A stretch of DNA of 64,000 nt from Octopus sinensis. Taxonomy: Eukaryota. Where the stretch lies: positions 84,072,001-84,136,000 of the forward strand of contig NC_042998.1 in NCBI RefSeq assembly GCF_006345805.1. The letters are read 5' to 3'. A program made the translations under genes and the position numbers. Below the pieces are notes generated by a model that was not told the DNA's origin, did no database searches, and was given only the letters and a program-made list of their open reading frames with translations. Positions 35,610-48,886 of the stretch are shown piece after piece; position 1 is the first letter of the stretch, and each line of letters starts with the position of its first letter.

Positions 35610-38432
35610 TTCAGTAGTTTTATTTTTATAGCGTGCTTTCACTTCACTACCGAGCGCAGCTATGTGGCCTTGGGTATGTGCTGTGATTTGTTGTGATGCT
35701 CTGATGGTTATTGTATGGAAAGTGTTCGCGTAGTAGATGTGTGCAGTGCCTGGTGTTTTTGTTATGTATTTGTCTGAATATTTTTTATCATGCCTAATGC
35801 ACCTACTATGATAGGAATTGTTTTTGTTTTTAGATTCCACATTCTGGTTACCTCCATTTCCAGGTCTTTGTATTTTGAAAGTTTCTCCATTTCTTTTAGA
35901 GACAAGTTGTCATCTGCCGGATTGATACATCAATTAGAAAGCATTTTTTTTCTTCATGATCTCTGACAACTATATCTGGTCTGTTGGCCTTAATTTCTCT
36001 ATCTGTGTGTATCGGCATATCCCAAAGTATGGTTGCTTTTTCGTTTTCTGTGACCTTTTCTGGTGTGTGCCTATACCCATTTTTTTCTGTTGTTATTCCA
36101 TAATGTTGGCATAGCTTCCAGTGTATGTAGGTTCCAACTCTGTCATGTCTGTGAATATATTCCTTCTTAGCCAGGACTGGGCAGCCAGAGATAATATGAT
36201 TTATTGTTTCTTGTCCATCTCCACATATTCTGCAGTTACTTGTTATATTTCTTTCATTACATGTTTTTGGTAATTCTGGTGGGGAGGCTTTGGTCTTGTG
36301 CTGCAATTAAAAATCCCTCTGTCTCTGCTTTGAGTCCTGAGCTTCTCAACCATTGCTGGGATTTTTCTTTGTCTATTTCTTTTGCGTTTAGTTTAGTCCA
36401 GTATTTACCATGAAGGGGTTCTTGCCATCGTTTTATCATGGTTCGTTGCTGTTCTATTTTTAGTTTGGATGTCATTTGTTTATAGCTTTTGTTGTTTCTT
36501 CATCTTCTTCTTCTTCTTCTCTTCTTTATATTGTTAGGTGGTATGATTCTTGTTTGTATTTGTCAGCTTCTTTAAATACTGAGAACAGTTTTTTGTTTTG
36601 CTCGTGTTTTGCCGCTATTTGTATCAGTTTTCTCCTTCTTCTGAAGTAGATATTTTTGCAGTCCTGTGGTGGTATTTTATAGTAGTTTTTCCAGCTGTAT
36701 AAGGCCTCTACCACCTTCTATACGTTGTATATATAGTCTTTCTATGTCAGATTTTGGGTGATGCATCTAGATCCTGTCATTATTTTTCTTGTTTTCCTAT
36801 CTATTTTGTCAGTTCATTTAGTGTCCAGTTAAGATATTGTAGCTGTAACTTATAACTGGGACAGCTAAAGTGTTAATACCTATTATCTTGTTTTTAGCAT
36901 TGAGCTCTGTTTTTAGTATTGATCTAACTCGTCTATAATATTCTTTTTTTATTTTCTCTTTCATTTGTGTGTGTTGTGTCTTATCTAGTTCATGGATTCC
37001 TAAGTATTTGTAAGTTTGGCTTTGGTCCAATTCTTTTATTTCATTGGTTTTATCTAGTGTGATGTTGCTACTCTTAACTAGTGTTCCTCTTTTCATGGTT
37101 ACTTTGGCGCATTTTTCTAATCCAAATTTCATATCTATTTCTTTGGTAAATCCATGAACTGTCTTTAATAGTGTTTCCAGCTGTTTGTCATTTACAGCGT
37201 ATAGTTTTAGGTCATCCATATATAAAAGGTGGCTGATCGTTAGCCGTAACATTTTATCCGCATCCAGTTCTATTTAGCATATCAGATAGAGGTGACAGTG
37301 CCAAGCAGAAAAGGAGTGGAGAGAGCGTGTCTCCCTGGAATATTCTCTTCTAATGGGGATGGCTTTGGTTTTCATGAGTCCCTCTTTTGTTTGGAGCTGT
37401 AGCACTGTTTGCCATTTATTCATAGAGTGCCCAATGAATTTATAATTGTTGGTGCTACTTTGTTAATCGCTAGTGGTTTCGAGGAGATCCATGTGTGGGG
37501 GATGATCAAACGCCTTTTTTGAGTCGATCCAGGCCATACTGAGGCCTTTCTCTTTCTGTGGCTGTCTTCAGTTATGGCTTTATTTGATCATTAGTTGATC
37601 TTTACACCGTATGAGCCTTTGCGGCATCCTTTCTGCTCTTCTGGAAACAGGTGTTTTCGTCTAGGTGCTTGTTCAACCTTTGCGATATCACTGCAGTGTA
37701 AATGCCTTGTACATCGTAGGGAGACAGGTTATCGGTCTGTAGTTTTCTGGTTTTGCTGTCTCATTTGATTTGGGAATTAAGATGGTTTTCCCCTTCGTGA
37801 GCCATTCAGGCATTGTCTCTGGCTCTGCTAGTATGTTGTTAAAATTTTCAGCCAGCTTTTTGTGCATTCCTGTTAGATATTTCAACCAGAAGTTGGGGAT
37901 CTTGTCATGCCCAGTGCCTTCCATTTGCTTAGTCTTTGCAGTGCCTGGGTGACCTCTTCAGTTGTATGGGGGTCCAAAGTTGCTCAGATGCTGAGTTTGT
38001 TATTTAAAATTTTCTTTTTTGGTTGTTCGTTCGCCGACCATATTTCTCTCCAGAATTCTTCCACTTTTTTCTGCCGTTGGTGCTGCAGTGATTTCTATTT
38101 TATTTTTGCCAAGTTCTTGGTAGAACTTTTTGGGTTGGAGTTGAACTTTTTGTTTTGTTCAAAGAAGCGCTGGCGTTCTCGTACCGGCGGATCCTTTGTG
38201 CTTTGGCAAGGATATCTTGCTTTAGCTTTTCTTTTATCTCAGGTAATTCTTTTTGTGTGATGTTGTATTTGCGGAGTATTTTTGTTTTCTTTTTGTTGCT
38301 CAGTAGCGTTGATTGTCTACTGATTTCATTAAGAATTGACAGATCTTTTCTTATTTTTTGTATTTTGTTTTGGATGTTATTTATCCACAGGGTTTGTTTG
38401 GGTGGTGGTACTCCTGTTTGGACGGGTTTGAG
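35610..38432 (-). mobile_element. 5'-truncated Dong/R4-type LINE (~2.8 kb, frameshifted) embedded in (TAA)n
   Basis: GHDKIPNFWLK..ENYRPITCLPTMYK; RGIFQGDTLSPL; HLLYMDDLKLY; CRICG..ETINHIISGC...HDRVGTYIHW...NRPDIVV...LIDVSI; TAA repeats on both sides. Confidence 0.92.
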
Positions 38433-38474
38433 TGAGTATCCAGCTTCTTATTATTATTATTATTATTATTATTA

Positions 38475-38552
<78 letters not shown>

Positions 38553-38575
38553 CATTAGTATTATTATCCTCATTA

Positions 38576-38619
<44 letters not shown>

Positions 38620-39133
38620 TCAAATTTTGGCCACAAGGGCAGCTTGTGGGTAGGTGGGGATGGGGGATGAGAAGAAGAAGAAGAAGAAGAAGAAGAAGAA
38701 GAAGAAAGAAGAAGAAAGAAGAAGAAGAGAAGAAGAAGAAGAGAAGAAGAAGAGAAGAAGAAGAAGAAGAAGAAGAAGAAGAAGAAGAAGAAGAAGGCAC
38801 AAGGCTTGAAATTTTTCGTGGAGGGGCTAGTAAGTTACATTCGGCACCAGTGCTCAACTGGTACCTGTATTATCGACCTCAAAAGTTAACAGATAAAGTT
38901 GTCCTCGGTGGCTTTTTAATCCAGAACGTAAAGAAAAGCAACGGCAAACTAAATATGATTCTACCAAAATGCATCACTGTTCTCTTTCATCTCACGGATT
39001 TAGATCAATATCTTGCGAAATTTATACAAGAGGGGAGAGATATAAGATAGTACAAGAGGGTGAGGAATGGGGATAAAGTGTGTGTGTGAGAGAGAGAGAG
39101 AGTGTGTGAGTGTATGTGTGTGTGTGTGTGTGT

Positions 39134-39192
<59 letters not shown>

Positions 39193-39222
39193 TGTGTGTT
39201 TGTGTGTGTGTGTGTGTGTGTG

Positions 39223-39256
<34 letters not shown>

Positions 39257-39287
39257 GTGTGTTTGTATCTGAAATATATATATATAA

Positions 39288-39760
39288 TAAAGGGTAAAAT
39301 CAATTAATTAATTAATAATTGATAATTTTACCAAGTAGTTCGGTATGTTAAAAGAACCATTATCGGTAAACAAAAATTCTATAATTATGAGTATAATTAT
39401 AATTAGGGTTCAGCAAAAATTTGAACCACCACATACCGAAATTTAGAAATAGCAGTTAAAAACTACTATTTCACTACCATAAGAAAATCTCCCAGACAGC
39501 GATACTCAAACAACTCATGCAGGTAAAGATGAAAAAAAATAACAAATCCACCCAGCTTTGATTAACAGTATACGCGTTTCGGAGTTAGAGGGATGTGAAA
39601 AATGTAAAATCATATTTCTACTCTCCAATTTCCTTTTCAGTACAGTAATTCAAGATTTTTAACTTGAGAGCGCTGAAAAAATAAAACATACTTATCTGAC
39701 CAGGCGACATCAGACAATGTATATCCAACGACCAGTACTTCCGAATTCAAACAGACGTAT
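39288..39760 (-). mobile_element. ~470-bp unit between (TA)n tracts carrying a degenerate hammerhead (39565-39646)
   Basis: Minus strand ACUGUA-CUGAAAA-GGA..GGAG...CUCC-GAAA-CGCGU-A-UACUGU; G8 appears mutated to A. Confidence 0.45.
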
Positions 39761-39761
39761 A

Positions 39762-39828
<67 letters not shown>

Positions 39829-39834
39829 CTATAT

Positions 39835-39912
<78 letters not shown>

Positions 39913-39942
39913 TAATATATTATTATATATATATATATATAT

Positions 39943-39995
<53 letters not shown>

Positions 39996-40006
39996 TATAT
40001 AATATA

Positions 40007-40082
<76 letters not shown>
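39760..40082. repeat. Long (TA)n microsatellite
   Basis: Direct inspection. Confidence 0.95.
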
Positions 40083-40084
<2 letters not shown>

Positions 40085-40537
40085 CCACCAAGAAAGTTAG
40101 GGGTTGTGGACCCAACCACTAAGGGAATAATATTTATCCAATATACTTTTTGGTAATGCAATAAACTTATTGTATTAACTGGGTGAAGGTAAAGAAATTT
40201 TTTACCATTAATTTATATTTCATATAAGAAAATGGAGAAGCACATTAGTTGGTTCCTCAACTTTAGGACATTTAAATGTTGACTTATTTATTTATCAAAA
40301 CGACAACCATAATAACATACATACATATAGTATATTATTCAATGCATATAAGATAAGAATACAAGCAGTTATTAAAAACATGAATATAAATTATTAAAAT
40401 CGCTTACAGCTGTTTCAGCCTATAGATAATAGCAACTCATTGTGCCTATATTAGTCAAGTGTATTGAGGTGATAGGCAATTGACAATGAGGTACTTACAT
40501 ATATCCCAAGGCCTCGTCAGAGATTATAAAGTACAAT
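40083..40537 (-). mobile_element. ~455-bp unit between TA-rich tracts carrying a hammerhead motif
   Basis: Unique-complexity segment bounded by (TA)n and (TA/TG)n; hammerhead at 40398-40525. Confidence 0.55.
40398..40525 (-). ncRNA. Type I hammerhead motif with long helix II insertion
   Basis: AAUCU-CUGACGA-GGCCU-[~87 nt including CUCAUUG/CAAUGAG and UGCCUAU/AUAGGCA stems]-AGGCU-GAAA-CAGCUGU-A-AGCGAUU; helix III palindrome ACAGCUGU; helix I has a 2-nt bulge. Confidence 0.65.
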
Positions 40538-42032
40538 CATATATATGTGTGTGCGTGTATGTGTGTGTATGTATGTATGTATGTATGTATGTATGTATGT
40601 ATGTATGTATGTATGTATGTATGTATGTATGTATATATATATATATTATATATATATATATGTATATATATATATACATAAACAATATATACATATATAC
40701 ATATATATATAACTATATATACATACATACATACACACCACACCACACACACAACACATAATATATATATACCATATATATATATATATATAGATATATA
40801 TATATATATAATATATATATATACAGTGAGGTGCGTATATATTTGATTACTATAAACAAATCATTTGCGCAGGCCGTTCGGCAAAACTGAACGCTTATAC
40901 GTCGTCTTCGACCAGAGAGTTCATCATATGTTGTGTGTGTGTGTGTGTGTGTGCATGTACGAATGAACGTGTGTGCGCATGTACGAATGAACGTATGCAT
41001 GTGTGTATGCATGTTTGAGTGTATGCATATTTATGTATATGTGTGCATGTGTTTGTGTTTGTCCTCTCAATCGTTTGACAACTGGCGTTGGTCTGCTTAA
41101 TGCCGTTACCCTAGCAGCTCGCCAAAAGACACCGATAGAATAAGCACCAAACATAATACGATAAGTACTGGGGCTGGTTGGTTTGACCAAGCCTTTCAGG
41201 ACGCTGCCTCAGCTTGGCTGCAGTTCAATGAATTCAGCAAGTAAAACGTAAAACGCAATAAGACTCTGTGGCAAGGAATGCAACAGTGAAGGAATAGTAA
41301 TTTAAAATTGAAATATATAAATTAAAATTTAAACAAATATCAGCAGATATTTAGATAAGGTGTATATTATTGTTGCATCTCATTAGAAAAGTAGTGATAT
41401 TTGTATGAGCTGATAAGAGCAGAAATGCAAAGAGAAATTGAATGTATTTCAATGGCTCTTTCGTCTCCATGCCAACAAGTTGCGTGCATGGTGCATATGA
41501 TTATTAGTGTGCTAAAACAAACAAGACAGTAAATCTAGAACAGATTCACATACTTATAAGTGAGTAAAATTAATGAAAAAATAAATACAAATCTTGTCTA
41601 TACAGAAGTTTACATTGATTTCCAAGTCGAACTAATTGCAAGTATGAATATTTGCATGTGTGTATTTAGCACAGGAGTAAATAAATAGATTGAAGAAATT
41701 ACGTATCACAAATTGGTTGATGATAAAAAAAAATTCAGTGCAATATAGATAATTCAGAGAGGAAGATGTGTCGAAGTAACCGAACTATAATATGCCAATC
41801 TTTATGCATTGTGAATATTAGGTAGCGCCACCTGTATTTTACGTAAACCAGATGGGGATTACTTTCTCAGATTAATAAGAAAAGGGACGTGACTACATAC
41901 ATACATACATACATACATACATACATACATACATACATACATACATACATACATACATACATACATACATACATACATACATACATACATACATACATCA
42001 TACATACATACATACATACATACATACATACA

Positions 42033-42060
<28 letters not shown>

Positions 42061-42063
<3 letters not shown>

Positions 42064-43700
42064 GCAGGAGATAGAGATGCAAGAAGAGCAGTGAAATGTG
42101 ACAACCGATGCAGGCTTTGTGGAGTTAACACCGAAGTTATCACCCACATCATAAGCAGTTATCCGAAAATGTCATCACAGTATTATCTGCCGATGAGACA
42201 TGATGTAGCTATAATGAAATCCGTCAGAAGGAAACCCCGAAGACAAAGAAAGAAGAACCTACTGTATGGTAGAAGCCATAGCTACTCATAATAAAAAGGA
42301 GTACTGGTGGAATGTTCCAGTGAAGACCTCAATAAAATGTAAGCACAACAGACCTGATATAATAATTTGGGATAGAGAGGAAAAATTGTGTATGGTTGTG
42401 GAAATTAGCTGCCACGTGGATGTTAACATAAACCTGAAGATCAGTGAAAAAGAAAATAACTATGCTGAACTATTGGGAAATCCAGATTATAAGTTCAGGT
42501 TTATACCTATAATTATTGGTGCCCTGAGATATGTAACGTATTGCCTAAATGCCAATCTTGAGAAATTAGGCTTCTCAGAAAGGGAAAGCAAATTTGAAGA
42601 CTACAGATCCAAACCATCACTAGAACTGTAAAGTTTTGTAACACTTACCACAAGTTTAGCAGTTGAATATATATGAGCATGTCCAGATATGCAACTATAT
42701 TAGTGAGAATACACACATAAAGCAAAACATGCACATCTTCACATATACATACATGCATATATATATATATATACACACACGCATACATACACGCATACAT
42801 GCATACATACATACATACATACATACATACATACATACATACATACATACATACATACATACATACATACATTCATACATACATACAACCGCTATGTCTA
42901 TGTCATGTTTCTGTGGAAGACGATCGAAGAAAAAGAGGATATCTATGAACAACTGCTTCGAAACCTCCAGCTTCTATATCTAGACTATGTATTCATATTC
43001 ATACCAATAATAATTGGAGCACTATGTTTTGTTAGTAAATACTTAAAGAAGAATCTGGATAAACTGGGATTTTCAGGAAGAGAAATTGATCGGTTAATTC
43101 GTACATTACAAGTGCAATCTGCGAGTGGAACAGTAAAAATATGCAAGACTTTTCTCAAGTTCCAAATGTGAATTTGTTTGTGTTAACTACATCCCAAAGA
43201 TGAAACCTTCTATCTTTATTGGAAACTGGCTCCTTCCGCAGTGTAAGATTTATAATAATTTAAAAATAGAAGAGACATAATATCAGAAATCCCCTGTTGT
43301 TGATGTTGAAATTCCAATGAAAGAGCCTTGAATCTAGGTTAGAAACCGGGTCTTTCTCTATTGGCAAGAAATCTTGAAATTAAACTGAACAATGACATAC
43401 ATACATACATACATACATACATACATACATACATACATACATACATACATACATACATACATACATACATTCTGTAAGTGGAACAGTAAAAGCATACAAG
43501 ACTTTCCTCAAATTTAAATTGTGACGTTGTTTTCGTTAACTATATTCCAACGATGAAGCTTTGTATCTGTTGGAAACCAGCTCTTTCCTGAAAGGTAGAA
43601 TTTAAATAATTAAAAACAGAAGAGAACCATACATACATACTCTACGAATGATCATAATATCTGGAACTATAAAAATCTGCAAGATCTTAATATTTAACGG
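42061..43700 (+). mobile_element. Cluster of 5'-truncated Dong/R4-type 3' fragments interleaved with (CATA)n
   Basis: KCRLCG..TEVITHIISSYPKM...RHD; NRPDIIIWDREEKLCMVVEISC; FIPIIIGAL; repeated end SGTVKICKTFLKF at ~42610, 43125, 43477, 43660. Confidence 0.8.
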
Positions 43701-44173
43701 ATGATGTTTAGAGCAAGATGCCTTCCTTCACAACCTTGCTTCCAAGTAGGTGGCCAGTCCAGATTTATTCTAAATTAAAAAGTGAATGAGTCTATACATA
43801 CATACATACATACATACATACATACATACATACATACATACATACATACATACATACATGGAAATATAGCTATAGGTGTGAAGGCATAGATACAGTCACA
43901 CATATATATGTGTATGTATGTTATTTTGCCCTTTTCAATTCAGGGTTAATTTTGACCGGCCACCTGCTTGATAGCAAAGTTGTGAAAGAAAATATTTTGC
44001 TTTAACTGCAATCCTTTAAATCTTAAGATGGTCTTGCAAATTTTTATTGCCCCAGATATCGAGATCATTTGTGGCGTATAAATTAAGAGGTTGCATTCTC
44101 TTCCCCAATAACCCAAGTTCAGCCATATTTTGCCCCAGGCGGGTTCATACATAATCTGTTGCTCCACTAATAA

Positions 44174-46310
44174 CACTGGTTTACAAAATGTTTTTTTTCT
44201 TGTTGCCATGCGACAGGGATGTGAATAGGTGTTTTTCACTAATTTTGATGTGGTGAATTCAATTTTCTGAGCAGTTTTGCTCTATCACCTCTAGTTTTTT
44301 TTGTTTTTTTTTGCTTTCACATATCTCATCTTAATTATACTGCATATAATTTCAAAATATGTTTGTATTTCATCTATTACAAAAGCATGTTACAGAAAAA
44401 AAAAACAGCATAGATAGAGAACATTGATGGAACTAAATTACTTGGATAATACAAGACACACACATCATAGTACAGCAGACAGTTAGAAGTGAGATTTTTA
44501 GACGATATTATGTGCTTTGCCTCCGAGATGTCATGCAAGAGCATCCAGTAAAAGTCCTTCACCATTTTGGGGTTCCACTTGCCTTGGTAGTTGCTCTCCA
44601 TCTTAGTAATATGTTGGAGGAAATCACACACTTTTCCGAGCTTCAGAGGGGAGAAGTTGGGGTGGGAGTGGAGAAAGTGAATTTTGAGTGACATTCGGCA
44701 TCCCATGTTGTCATAAGACTGTAACAACTTCTCGGTAATGTAGTACCCGTGTATTGCCAAGGAAGCCATGGCAGACTGACTTAAATGCTTCCCATGCTCT
44801 CAGTTCCGTTAAAGTAAGAAGCTCCTGAAAGTCCTTACCCTTCAGCACCTCTCGGATCTAAGGTCCGACAAAGATGTCCTCCTTGAGTTTAGTAGAACTC
44901 AGAACTGGGAACAGAGTGCACAAATGTTGGAAGGCAGCGCCATGGCCTTCACAAAATTCTACATTAAACCAAGCTTCATATAAAGAGAAGGAAGAAGCAC
45001 CATGTTCAAGTCCACCAGAGAATTTTCTTCGACACTGTGTTCACCAGACACGAAAGTGCTCCTAGACCACCACCACCCCCAGTCCTTCTGCTTGTAGTGT
45101 TTGGACACAGCCCAACTGTCTTAGAGACAGAGAAAGTAACAGTAATTTGTGAAGCCCGCTTGCATACCCACAAGGAGCCCAATGACCTTGAGGTCCCCGC
45201 AGAGACTGTACTGGTATTGGCTGTACTTGACAGCTTCCAAAAGGAGCTCAATATTGTCATATAACTCCTTTGGATGGACTGAGTAGGCAATAGGAATGCT
45301 GGGGTATCTATTCCCATTGTGCAGGAGCACAGCCTTCAGATTTCACTTAGAAGACTCTATGAAAAGATGGCAGTAGGAGGGATTGTGTGGGAAACCAAGG
45401 AAGGTGAACAAGCCAAAAACATTTGTGCAGAAGCACAACCTGTTTTCTATGTCGATGAATGAAGCAAAGTCCTGGTTCCGTGTCCTGAAACTGGTGATCC
45501 TTACATCTGCCTTGACTAGGTTCCACTGCCTAAGCCGGGATGTCAGGAGCTCTGACTGCTGCTTAGATACAAATCACGAGCAAGGTCATTCAGGTCTTCC
45601 TGCTTGATTCAGTGGGGGCTCATTACCACTTGCTCCTGAATAAACAGAAACATTGTCTTCAGAAAACATCAATTTGGCGGGAGAGATCAACTTGACAGGA
45701 AGATCTGAATGGGGTACAGGTCTCATAGCTGAGGGAAGGTTGGGATATTTCATCTTTTTTCAAGATGAAGCAATGAAACCTGTTATATTTGTTAGGCAAA
45801 AGTAATAATCATCTACATGGCTTCGTGGCTCTCTCCAGACCATCGGGACAGTAAAGCTGAAGGCTACTTTCTTACCGTTAAACCATGCAGTTAGTCCATT
45901 GCAGCAGGGCTTACAACAGATGTGTAGGGCCCAGGATTTGTCTTGATCTGCAATTTTATAGTCAAAATAATGAAAGTAAGCAGTTCTCAGGAGGGAAGTA
46001 ATTGTTTGACACAGTTCAACTGTCGTGAAATCCCCACACATATAGCAGAATGAATTTACCTTGATGCATTCTCGGTGTTTTGAAGTGCCTGAAGCTGTTG
46101 TCGAGATATGTATCATATGTATCACAAAAAATAACAAAATAAAAATTGCTCATATATATGGTTACATGAATTGTGACAAAATCATAATAATATATATCTC
46201 AAAAACTAGAGGTGGTGAGTGAAAACTGGTTTTGTATCTGAAATCAGCACCCCAAAATAAGGCTAGAACAACTATTTTTATGTTTATCTCAATTTCTCTG
46301 TAAACCAGTG
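44174..46310 (-). mobile_element. Chapaev3-type (CMC) DNA transposon with intact termini and decayed transposase
   Basis: 12-bp perfect TIR CACTGGTTTACA / TGTAAACCAGTG, TAA on both flanks; NSFCYMCG...IADQDKSWALHICCKPC...PMVWREPRSH; YSLCGDLKVIGLLVGMQAGFTNYCYFLC; GCRMSLKIHFLHSH...MESNYQGKW. Confidence 0.8.
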
Positions 46311-46536
46311 TAATACGTATGGAACTGTATGTGTATATTGAGTACTGGATTTTCAAATGTATGTTTGTGTGTAATTTTTAATGAATTTCACTCTGCTTTC
46401 ATTGCTAAGTCTCCCCTATTACTAAATATCCTATTGGACAGTAACATACTAAATCAAGCTGTTGATCGTTATTGCAAGCGACATGTTAAATGAATAAGAT
46501 ATGAATGGAATAATAAAAGAAATTAGAAGCTGTTAT

Positions 46537-46598
<62 letters not shown>

Positions 46599-46989
46599 AT
46601 GTGCACGTGCGCGTGTGGAAGAAGCAATAGGATAAAAGCTTGGTGGTTGTGAAAGGACAAACGAAATTGTAATATGTCTAAAATAAAAGAAAATATCGAG
46701 TTGATTTAGATAAGGTTACTATAATAATAGAAGTGTTTATTCGGTTCAATATAATTATATTTAAGTACTACATACACCTTTGTATGCCAAAATCGGGTAA
46801 ATACCGAGTTTGAATTGCAAATTAGTAATTTTAGAATAATTATCTCCAACTAGGTGGTACTAAGTGTTTCATTACATGAAATGTTATATAAAGTGTGACT
46901 TGTGCAAAATGTACTGTATATTACAAAGTTGTAGGCGTTAGAATATGCCGCTGCCTTGTTATGTTTTGGAGCATATTCAGTCTTTGCTA

Positions 46990-48485
46990 TTATTTTGGTT
47001 TGGTTCAGGTTCAGTCTTATGTTTTATAGGATTTATGTGGGTAGATGCTTACTGCCTGTAACCTTAGGTATACACAAGTTTTCAGCAGTTTTTCAAGTGC
47101 TTAGAACTCTTCTGATAATCCTTGCTGTCCCTATAAGAGACAAACTTTCTGTGGGAGCTCTACCGGGCATTCTATTCCAATCTCCTTCAGATATTTATCT
47201 ATATCTTTGCTTACGCACCAATTATTAAAGGCACAACTTTTACTGTTCTCATGCTCCAAATTCTTCCCATCTCAAATTTCAAGAGGTTGTATTTCTTTTT
47301 TCGTCCTCTTTCTTTACGACCCTGAGATCAAACGGGCAATCGTTATGTCTGGTCTGTTATTTTCTAACTTCTTGTCCGTTTGAATTGGAAGGCGACACAA
47401 AATCTTACATTTCTCCGACACTTGTACTCTTTCAACATGAGTTTCCAGCTTCAAATTCCCATTTCTGGCATAGTTTCCAGTGTAAAACTTTTACAACGTG
47501 ATCTTGCCTCCATTTCTTAAATCCTTCCGGTGCCAACTTGGAGCATTCTTCCACAATGTGTGCCACTGTCTCGTTCCATGTTCCACAGGCTCTACATTTT
47601 TCTGACATTCTCTCCATGTATATTTTTTCTCAAGTTGTTTGTTTTAATCGCTTGATGTTTGGCTGCTACAATTAGGTTGTCTGTTTCTTTTTTTAATTGT
47701 CCTTCTTTTAATCAAGCCCAGGATTTTATCCCACATACATCTTCAGTGGCTCTCCAAAATTGACCATGCAGCGGTTTCACTTCGATCTGTCTGACGCGCT
47801 CTTTTTGTATTCCATTCTTGTTCTTTTCTCCCACTACGCGCTTGATCATTGTTTTTTATTTACAGTCTTTAGTAGTTTTTCTGTGCTGCTCTGTAAATAC
47901 TCTACTAGGCTTTTTCTTTCCATACGTATACATTCTTGTACAGCTATTAAGCATACTCCATATCTGATTAAGAGTACTGCTCTTGAATTTATTGCGTCAA
48001 TAAGATTTTTGAATTTAGCTTTGATTGCAATTTTCTTACTCTCCTTGTGTACTCCCGACTGGTAATTTGTTCCATTTCTTTTCTATTTCGTCTACTTCCA
48101 GTATTCCGAAGTTCTTATATCACTGTCCTGTCTCAACTGCTCTCATTGTTTGCCCATTGTTGTTGTTGTTGTTGCTGCTGTTTTACTTCTCAGAACGTTC
48201 GGCCATTTTTGCTCTGGTAGATTCTGTGAGACCGGACTGAAGCTTGCTGTCAGAGGTCACACATGGTCTCTTTCCGCACATTATAAGCTTTGATACGTGG
48301 TTGTTAATTATTGTTGGAGACAGTCAACATCAAAGTACCAATCTCAAAATCCTAGATGTCCCCCAGCGGAGCAGTTTTGGGGGCTGGCTCTGCTTTCATG
48401 TCAATCCCGATTTCTTTGACATATTTCTCTAACTTGGTTGTTAGTGCTCCGAGTACCCCTTATTATTATTATTATTATTATTATT

Positions 48486-48551
<66 letters not shown>

Positions 48552-48835
48552 TATTATTATTATTATTATTTTTATTTATTTATTCATTTATTTATTTATT
48601 CCTTTCATTATAACTTTATTTCAGCTGCCTTAGTACCGGGCATCTTCCAGCGGCCAAGAGTAACAAGGGCACTTTTGTTTTGCTATATATGCTAAAATTA
48701 TTGCTACATTTATTCCATTTTAGGTGGAGAGTGCTTTCCGTAGTATATGGGCTGTACCCATCAAGGTTATGATTTGTAGTTCACCGAGATTGAAGTTACC
48801 AGGGAGTTGCTTCATACACTTGTTTATATTGCTTG
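46990..48835 (-). mobile_element. Three Dong/R4-type 3' fragments (46990-48130, 48190-48460, 48610-48835) separated by TAA/CAT tracts
   Basis: KCRACGTWNETVAHIVEEC..HWKLC; VLGALTTKLEKY...LGTSRILR; ELQIITLMGTAHILRKALS. Confidence 0.75.
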
Positions 48836-48840
48836 TTTTG

Positions 48841-48886
<46 letters not shown>

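Noticed and set aside
43300-43395. CCAAUGA...AGGUUA-GAAA-CCGGGU motif between CATA tracts as a hammerhead
   Set aside because: The core deviates at several invariant positions and helix I is absent.
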